This document shows positions 54,641 to 64,000 of a DNA stretch of 64,000 nucleotides, in pieces. Within the stretch, counting starts at the first letter, position 1. Every line of letters begins with the position of its first letter. The DNA is from the human T2T-CHM13v2.0 reference genome, Homo sapiens: assembly GCF_009914755.1 (NCBI RefSeq), contig NC_060931.1; one strand, given 5' to 3'. Below the pieces are notes generated by a model, which saw only the letters and a list, made by a program, of their open reading frames with translations, was not told the DNA's origin and ran no database searches. Both the position numbers and the translations under genes were made by a program.

Positions 54641-57108
54641 TCTAATATATAATGAATCTTTCCAAATTTAAATTGATGTGATTGATATAAAATTGATAAG
54701 GGAATATTTTTAAAGAAGTGATTTTATCATTTTCAACTACAAACAATAACAGATTTGTTTTCTTTTTTTAAAAAAACTGCCACCCAGCAAAGAAATTTAG
54801 AGACTTCCTTTAATGATTCATAATAATTCATAAATCCAACCTTTAATTGCCTATCGTGTACTAGGTACTATGCTAGGTAGCACATAGATTATATGCTTGT
54901 ATGGAACTGACACTTTTTAAGAGCCCAACATTCTCTTAAATGAATTTAAACTAGATTAAATCCACAAACTGGTTAAATATTGATTTGTCTAGGAAGAACT
55001 AAACGGAGAAAATGTAAAAATGAACCTGTTGTGGCCCTATTTGGTGGTCATGGATTCTCTATGAGTGCCATTCAAATCCAGGAGGTTTTGCTCTATTTGC
55101 CAAGCTGCTGAGCTGGGCACAGGCTTTTTAGCAAGAATGTGAGAAAAGCTGTCCCGGAAAATTGGAAGCTTCCTGCCAGAGGGCACCATCCTCCCCTCCT
55201 GACATATGAGGTTCTATGCCAGTGTCTTCACATACAGATACCAAGACAGCTTCATATCCACAATAAAATAGCCAAAGCCTCTTATTAGGGAAAATTGATA
55301 TTTAATATTAGCTCACATATGTCTTTACTCCGTTACTAATATGAAACTTTGAACATAATTAGTGTTGGCTTTGAATGCAGTTTGGAACTGCACCCAGCTG
55401 GAAAGGGGCCATGGAGCATTGGGTTTCATTCCTCACCAAGCTGAGCACTCCCTGAAAGGGATTAGAAGAGAAAGAAATGGAGCCGACCCTCATTCAGTAA
55501 GAAATGTCCTCCTTGGGTTCAGTGGGATGACTGTAGAGGCGGGGCGGGTAGGAGAACTGGGACTGTCACCCTCCTCAATTCCTTGTCGCCTCCTACCTCC
55601 ACAAGGCATTGCAAAATGAAATTAGGTGAATGGAGCCCTTAAGCTGGGGAACGAGGGGTGTGACATATTCAGGGAGCTGTTTGTGTGAGGGAAGGCACAA
55701 AACACCTGCCTAGAAAGAGAAGGTGGCTGTGGAGTCTCACACGGCCCCAGAGGAGTGAGATTCACTTTGGTCACAGGATGGAGGCTAGGCAGGAATTTGA
55801 GGTTAGGTAGGATCAACGCGTGCAGAGCATTAAGAGAAATGTAACCTGCAAAAAGGTAGAATTTCCAGACTGCTGACCACTATCACTGCTTCAGCTAAAA
55901 CAAAACAACATTGAATGTTTTTTCCTAAATAGAAATGGATGACATATTTTACATCCTGCATAGGAAGGAAAGTAAAGCCATCTGGCAACTTCCAATAACC
56001 AGCTCAATGCATTGCACCTCCCACTCCTACGAACAGTCTGTGACAGCCACACTTATACTAAAATCTAAAGCTTCTAACACTTCCTTCCCAAACTTCCCCA
56101 TCTGTTCTGACATCTCCTGTTGACCTCTCTCCAGAGCCTCTTTAGATCTCTCCCTGGGTCACTCTTCAATTCCATTTTCACCCCGGTGCCATCTCGCGCA
56201 TCACCCCAGTCTCCAGGCACCAGGCCTGAGGACAGGTTGCTCCTCCTTCATTCTGATGCCCAGCTCAGGGGTCCAAGACCCCATTTTGGGGGAGGAGGAG
56301 CATGATGGCTTCCCCCATGTTCTAATGGTTTCAACAGCATCTTATATGTAACCTGTAATAGACCCTTATTTTAGTAGTGAAAAATTAAAATTTAGCAAAA
56401 TTTCCCCTGGCAAAAAAATTTCACACCCATAGAAGCTGTGAACACAAGGTTATGTTTACCTTGTTAGATAAAATAATATGCATAGACTTTTGAAGGACAT
56501 CTAGATTCTAACACTATATCATAATTTGCAGTTCTAACTTCTAAATAAAAATTGTTTTGCATATTATATCTTTCTTTTTAAAAGGTTGTATTTGAATGAT
56601 TGATTTCCCACTAAATCAAGCCAAATATGTGTCTCACCTTTGACTTATTCCTGCCACCACCTTGTTTGTTTTTAAATCATTACAAAAAGAAGAACCCTGA
56701 GCCATTAAAAACTATAGGCATACCCAGCAAATAGTTCCTGACTCAAGAGACTCTCAAATCAATATTCTTAAGTTGTATTTTAGTACAACTGCTGCAACTG
56801 TGCGGACCTCGAATTCAAGTTTAAAAACTTCATTAAAGTACAGATAGAAAAATATAAGCCCATATTAAATAGCCCTTGATTAAATTTGGGTGTTTCCTTA
56901 TAATTCTAGTCACTATGACTGTATTTCACCCAATTTCTTATTAAGAATTGTCTTGTTATAGTGGTTGCAGTATGCATTGATACTCATCCCACAAACCTTT
57001 AAAACATTACAAGCCATTTCATAGAAAGACTAGGGGATAATTTTCTTGGACAAAAGATGAAGGTGAAATGTGAGAGTGCTCCTTAAATTTGATGGGTTTC
57101 TGGGAGTA

Positions 57109-57260
57109 CAGTGGTTGCCAGTCCTCACTGTACATGAAACTCCCTGGGGCACTTTCAAAAACAGTTCTGATGCTTGGGCCCCAATCCCAGGGATTTAATT
57201 GGTCTGAGGTAGGGACTGGGCCTTGATCAATTTTTAAAGCTCAATCTAATATGCGTTAGA
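57109..57260. mobile_element. MER5-type relic
   Basis: cagtggtt...ctccctgggg...tgatgcttgggcccc...gatttaattggtctg...tttttaaagctc. Confidence 0.65.
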
Positions 57261-58190
57261 GGTAAACCTTCCCTGAAGGTAGATTTTACTTTAATACAGT
57301 ACTAAGAACTTTGTAAGGAGAACTGTCCAAGGACAAAACAGGTCACCTCGTGAGGGTCAAGTCCTTTGTCACAGCAAGTGTGGAAGGGCAGCCTGTATGA
57401 CTGAGCCCCTATCAGGGATAGTGGAGGAAGTGGTCCAGCATGGGGTGGTTCAGACCCTTGAAACTGATTTTTTCTATACTAGTTCTATCTTGGGTCAGTA
57501 TTTAAGGTAAAGCAAGCAAAGAAAAACGCCTTGTTTGCTATGTCATCCTTGAAACAAAATAGTTTATATAACATCTTTCGTATCATCCCGATAAAACTTG
57601 TTAATTTGCACACAAAATCAAGCACAAAATTTTGTTCCATTTTCAGTTTTATTCTGTTTTTTTAAAAAAACTTTCCTTCTACAATGAATTGATTATATTC
57701 TAATTGTTGATACTTTTTCCAACTTTCCACTACTTCAGCCTATGAAAGGCCTTTTTTAATCAGTTGGCATTTATTTTTTCTTCAATTCATAAAAATAATT
57801 CCTCATCCCAAATGTTCTGTGAAATGTTATTAATATAGGACTACCTGTGGATTTCTCTCCAATTATCTTTTTTTTTCTTAAGCACTAACATGAAAATTTC
57901 CTCTAACCTTTCCTGGGAGATACATTTTGGCTTTTATTTAAAGGATGATACCCTTAAGGTTTTTTTCCTTCAAATTTAAATGCATGAATACTTGCAGGAG
58001 CTAACAGGATAAAAAGGAAAAGGTCCCTGAATGTCTCTATCATTAGGTTGGGATTTTTAAAGTTTTGCTTTTTGTTGTTTCTCTATAACTGGGTTGATGT
58101 TAATACTATATGCTATTTTACAACTTACTTTTTAAATGTTACAACATGTGTTGAGATTGTTCCATATCAGTAGACATGGGCCTAGATCTT

Positions 58191-58485
<295 letters not shown>

Positions 58486-59054
58486 AGGCCTAGATCTTCT
58501 AACAGCTACACAGTATGGATGTACCTTAGTTTCGTAACCATTCCACTGTTGACAGTCCACTGTTGATAGGTACTTAAGTTGATCCATTTTCTTTAAGGAA
58601 ACAAAACTACAGTAAACAATCTTGTAAATATGTTTATGTATACACAGATCCCCCAAAATGGAATTTTTGGTTCAATGATTATTTACAATTTAAATTTTGA
58701 TAAAAAATATCAAATTGACTTCCAAAAAGGCTATTATGATTTACACATTCATAAATGTATAAGAAAACTGTTTTTCTATCTTATTGCCAACACTATATAC
58801 CATCAATTTTCATTATTCCAATCTCAAAGGCGAAAAAAAACAACTGAGTCTTGCCAAAGTTTAGAGTGTAAGCCAAAGCATGAGCAACTTTCTAGATTGT
58901 TGTTAAATTTTACAAAAAAAAAACCCAAAAAACGATGAAGCTAAATTATCACAGCAAATGTCTGAAATCTACACCCAAACCTGGCGTTTTGCTCAGATTC
59001 TAAGACTGTGTGAGACCTTTGCAGTAACTCCTTCCTCTTTTCCCCCTCATAGTC

Positions 59055-60130
59055 ACTTATTTTATTGTATTTTTAATGTTTTATTTTTATGGACAAAATT
59101 GTATATATTTATAATGTACAACATTATGTTTTGAAATATATATGCATTGTGGCATGGCTAAATCAAGCTAATAAATATATGCATTACCTCACATATTTAT
59201 CATTTTTATGGTAAGAACACTTAAAACCCACTCTTAGCACTTTTCAAGAATACAATATGTTAATAACTATAGTCATCATGTTTTATAACAGATCTCTTGA
59301 ATTTATTCCTCCTAACTTGTTTTGTATCCTTTGACCAACATCTCCCAAACCTCCCTCCGTTCCCACCACCCCAGCCCCTGGTAACCACCATTCTACTCTC
59401 TACTTCTATGAAATCAGCTTTTTAAAGATTCTACATGAAAGTAAGATCATGTGGTATTTGTCTTTCTGTGCCTGGCTTATTTCACTAAACATAATGTCCT
59501 CCAGGTTCATCCATGTTGTCGTGAATGACAGGATCTTATTCTTTTTATGGCTGTATAGTATTCTATTGTATATATAGACTGCATTTTCTTTATCCATTCA
59601 TCCATAGATAAACACTTCGGTTGATCCATGTCTTGGCTATTGTGAATAGTGCTGCTATGAACACAGGAGTTCAGATACTGATTTCATTTTTTTTGGACAT
59701 ATGCCCAGTTGGATTGTTGGATCATATGGTAGTTCTATTTTTAATTTTCTGAGGAGCCACAATACTACTTTCCATAATTGCTGTACTACTTTACATTCTC
59801 ACCAACAGTGAACAAGTGTTCTCTTTTCTCCACATCCTTGCCAATACTTCCTAACCTTTCATCTTTTTGATAATAGTCATTCTAACAGGTGTGAGGTGAT
59901 ATCTCACTGTGGTTTTAATTTACATTTCCCTGATGATTAGTATGTTGAGCACTTTTTCATATATCTGTTGCCCATTTGTATGTCTTCTTCTGAAAAATGT
60001 CTATTCAGGTGCTTTGCCCATTTTTTTATTTGGGCTGTCTTCTTGTTATTGAGTTGTTTCAGTTCCTTATATATTTTGGATATTAACCATTTATCAAATG
60101 TATGGTTTGCCAATATTTTCTCCCATTCCA
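59055..60130 (-). mobile_element. 5'-truncated L1MA
   Basis: Peptides [28 protein letters not shown] and WMNLEDIMFSEISQAQKDKYHM; L1MA-type 3' UTR. Confidence 0.92.
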
Positions 60131-60169
60131 AATAACCCTTTCCTCTTTATAAATCCTTACCACTATAGC

Positions 60170-60395
60170 CTTTGAAAGACAACTCAAAACTCACCTCCTC
60201 CAGGAAGCCCTCCTTGATTAATTACCTTGATCTCACACATTTTTATTCTTCCTTTACTCTGATCCTTCAACACTTACATATTTAGTCTAAATTGGCTTTT
60301 AGGTTTCCCTTTGTATCTCCCAATAAGTACAGTAAGACAGGAATATAGGGGGCAATTAACCAACAGACATCAATAAATATTTATTAAACATTTAT
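60170..60395 (+). mobile_element. L2 fragment
   Basis: aagacaactcaaaactcacctcctccaggaagccctccttgatt...caataaatatttatt. Confidence 0.55.
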
Positions 60396-60712
60396 TATAT
60401 TTAGTTATCCAGCCAATAGAAATTCATTTGGTGCTGTATTGAGTCCAATTTTTCTGCTTTCCCAGGTTTGCCTGCCCCTCTCCACACTGTTCCTCTGGCT
60501 GCTTGCTCAGTGTAAAGTCCCTGCCACAGCCACCATCTTCTCTCCCAACACCATCAGCTGTCTCAGCCTCTCTGTAGCTGATGGCTCTGACTCAGCCTCT
60601 GTCATGTCCACACTGCAGCAGGAGCTACACCCCTGCACCCTCATCCTGTGTAGCTGCTATTATAGAGACTCTGGCTTCTTGAACCACTTCTACATTCCAA
60701 CGAAGCACCCTG

Positions 60713-61109
60713 CTGTGGGGTATAGGATCTGGCTTTCCCAGAGGCTGATCAGAGGGTCATGGTAACATAATCTGAAAACAGGAACTTAAAACTTAATGCG
60801 GAAACCTTGACCAGTAAGAGACAGGAGACAAGAAGGAGCTAAAAGATCAATTCCTTGCCATTCCTTCTTGTGACAGACTGTTGCAAAGTACAGTGTGATC
60901 CCAAAGACCTGTCTGCAAGACAGTGTGTGTCACAGAGCAACCAGCTGTATTTCCTTGAGAAGCTTTGGACAGCTTGGCAAAGCACTGTTAGGTATTATTT
61001 GTCTGGCTTCCCCCGTTCCCTCACTATTTTTGTCCTGGAATTCCATCTCCTCATAAAACCTTCTCAAGTGAGCTCAGATTCTGTTTTCTAGGGAACCCAG
61101 GCTAAGACA
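60713..61109 (+). mobile_element. Old ERVL-type solo LTR (family unresolved)
   Basis: Begins tgtggggt; ends with typical LTR terminus tcagattctgttttctagggaacccaggctaagaca. Confidence 0.6.
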
Positions 61110-62258
61110 ATTATCTACATAAACTCTCCACTCTACATTAGACTAGCCCTGAGAAAGGGTACAAAAGAGGCATAAAAGAAGTGAATCCTGTCCACAACAA
61201 CCTCACAATCTAACTGGGGAGGCCAGACTCTACCTATGTAACAATAAGTGAAAAAGACAAAGGAATGAATGAATGTAATTAGAGGGCAAATTGTTCAGTG
61301 TTTTAGAAAATGGGAGCCATTTGATACCACTCAGTGTACAGGGCCCAGAATAAAACAAAAAGTATTCACAGAGAAGAGGAAAACCATCAGATCTCACCCA
61401 CGGCAGACTGCTAGGAAGAGGGGCTTAAAAAAACGCTGGGAAGACAGAGTAGGGGGGAAGACTGCAGGGAGTGTGTTCCCTGGAGAAGAGTCACCTTGGT
61501 GAAGCCAGCACAACCACAACAGTGGGCGTGGTAAGGAGAAGCAGGGAGAGCCTGAAGGACATTGGGTTTCCCTGAACAGAGGGGCTTGCTGGGGAGCAGC
61601 AGGGTGAGTCCAGGGTTCATAGCAGAGGGCTGTGGAGGCAAGACAGAGGGGTTTGGAGGTGAAGGGCATTTGCTACTCCTCATATTACCACAGAAGAGAT
61701 GAAAAAGAAAAAAAATACTCCATTTCTTAGGAGGTTGCAGTATAATATTCCCAGCTTCTCCCACACCCTCCATCACACCTGTGAGCCAACAGCACAAGGA
61801 ATCTGGGGGAAGAAACAAGGTCTTCTTGGCCCTGAGCCTTCTGGTTTCCCTTTCATATCTGCCATCTGACAACAGGGGTACCTTTCCTCGGCAGGCCTGC
61901 CTGTGTGAGCAACAGCCTGCGGTGGGACCTTGAGGGTGACAATGTCTAATGGAGAAGGAGGTACCTGGAAGCCCTGTGGCCGCACGTCTAATCACTTCCC
62001 CAGTCAGCCTGAACTATAATCAAGCTGGCACTTCTCCTTCAATCTGGTTTTTGTGTCGTCTTTCTCAAATGGCGCAAACTTGGGAGGGAGGACAGGAACA
62101 TTATTTAATGACTTCCTAAAACATCAAAAGGGGGCTTAGATCTGATGCAATGAGAAATGGGCATGGCAGGAAAGAAGCATGATAAAAAGAGATAATAAAT
62201 GCTTCTTGATTAAATGGTTGGCCTACATCCTAATTTCTACCCATAAAAAGGAGAAGAA

Positions 62259-62566
<308 letters not shown>

Positions 62567-63867
62567 AAAAAGGAGATGAGAGGGCTCCGTGGTTTCCACA
62601 TGGTTGCTCTTATGTAGTTATTTTTACCCTCCAGTGTTTTTCACAGTGGCCCTCTCTGGCTTTATTTCTGTCATGAAGTTCCCTTTTCCTCTGAGAGATG
62701 CTGCAAACATTTCAGAAACATTTCACTTGCTTCTTCCAGTCCAGAAGAGTGATTCTTCCATGACAGAACGGGCCAGCTGCTGATGTGAGCCCATCCCTCC
62801 AGATCAGCATGACTAAGATATTCATCTTCATGGAGCAAGAATAACTACAGGAGATTTGAATGCTGCATTTGCTTTAAATAAAACTGCAGATGCAATTCCA
62901 GGAGTAGGATAGAGACAGCAGAAAAACAGCACATTTCTTTTATAGTATCATAGTGTCTATTTTAATCAGCATATTACAGATGTTTTGAGACATTCTAGCA
63001 AAATTGACATGGTTGACAACGCTAGACAGAACTGCCTCACGGGGGAAAAGAGGAAAAGATTAAACCACAGGCGTGTGGCAAAGGAACCTGCTTTGTCAGA
63101 ACTATGCTTTGTCATCACCGCTGAGATCAGAGAGCTGTTTCTATGGCAGCAGGCAACATGTTCTGGCCAGGAGACAATCATGTAGGGATTTTTAATTTCA
63201 TTTGATGTCTAATTGCCTACTACTTCGGGAAAGAGACAAATAATTAAAAAAAAAAGTCTTCCTTAACTAGACAGACTAATACCCCCAAGGAAAAACTTGG
63301 GTTTTTATAGTATGCTTTTCAAGATTTGAATTTCATGTCTGTATAGTTGAAGGCATGGGACCTTCTCCAACAAGGCAGAATGAAACCAGTAAAAAGGAAA
63401 GGAAACTCAGATGAAATTTCCATCACTGCAGAGCAGTTCACACATCCTGTTAATTACTATTGCCATTCATAATTAAGGGAGGTTCCTCATGGATCTTACT
63501 AACCCTTCTATCAAACAGCACCTACTCTTGCAAACCATTGGAAGAGGTTGTGCTATTTATGACAGGTCCCTCCCATTTCAGATCCATGCTGTTCATTTCC
63601 CTGAGCAATTAACGGACATTACAAACACATATTCTCCAGAGAGATTCCTAGTTTGGGAACATCACTTTTCAGATGTTGCTACTGTTGTCACTGACCATTT
63701 ATTTCAATGTTTTCCATCTTCCCTTAAAGAGTAAGTGATTGAATGTCTCATGATTCTCTGCTTTTGCAACATAACACGCTTCCCTCCATTTGATCAAATA
63801 ATACTGGTGCTTCTAAGGATCCTTTAAGCTAATAGCCAACAGTAGCCTATTTTAATTGCTATGGAGA

Positions 63868-64000
63868 TGTCTTAGTTTGTTTGAAGCTGTTATAACAGAA
63901 AACCTGAGACTGGGTAACTTATAAGGACAGAAATTTATTGGCTCACAATTCTGGAGTCTGAGAAGTCCAGTATCAAGGTGCAGACATCTGGTGACGACCT
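63868..64000 (-). mobile_element. MST-type MaLR LTR running off the window end
   Basis: tgtcttagtttgttt...gctgttataacagaa..cctgagactgggtaactta...tttattggctcacaattctgga. Confidence 0.85.

Noticed and set aside
60622-60657. 8-bp hairpin agctacac...gtgtagct as a possible pre-miRNA
   Set aside because: Stem far too short, and no known mature miRNA recognised.
61411-61995. 194-aa minus-strand ORF
   Set aside because: Non-ATG start, low-information Pro/Ser/Cys-rich composition, no recognisable domain or splice framing.

Overview
Primate (very likely human) genomic DNA. It is AT-rich, has no CpG island, and roughly half of it is recognisable interspersed repeat. Content: about 15 Alu/FLAM copies, one full-length but inactivated L1PA (about 6.18 kb, minus strand, L1PA5-like), many old L1M/L2/L3/MIR fragments, MaLR/ERVL solo LTRs and MER44/MER5 DNA-transposon relics. 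I recognise no host protein-coding exon, RNA gene or CRISPR array, and the long ORFs in the track are Alu or L1 derived. The window looks like the inside of a long intron; weak evidence favours a minus-strand host gene, which I cannot name. I found no support for a new biological system. The best-supported oddities are retrotransposition and repair scars: a twin-primed L1 with a short 3' transduction (30.6-31.0 kb), two ~20-nt hairpin insertions inside the full-length L1, and an Alu whose tail appears flipped. There are also two candidate minus-strand internal promoter/first-exon modules (14.3-14.9 kb and 42.4-43.1 kb). Repeat subfamily calls were made by eye from remembered consensus sequences, and boundaries of old repeats are approximate.
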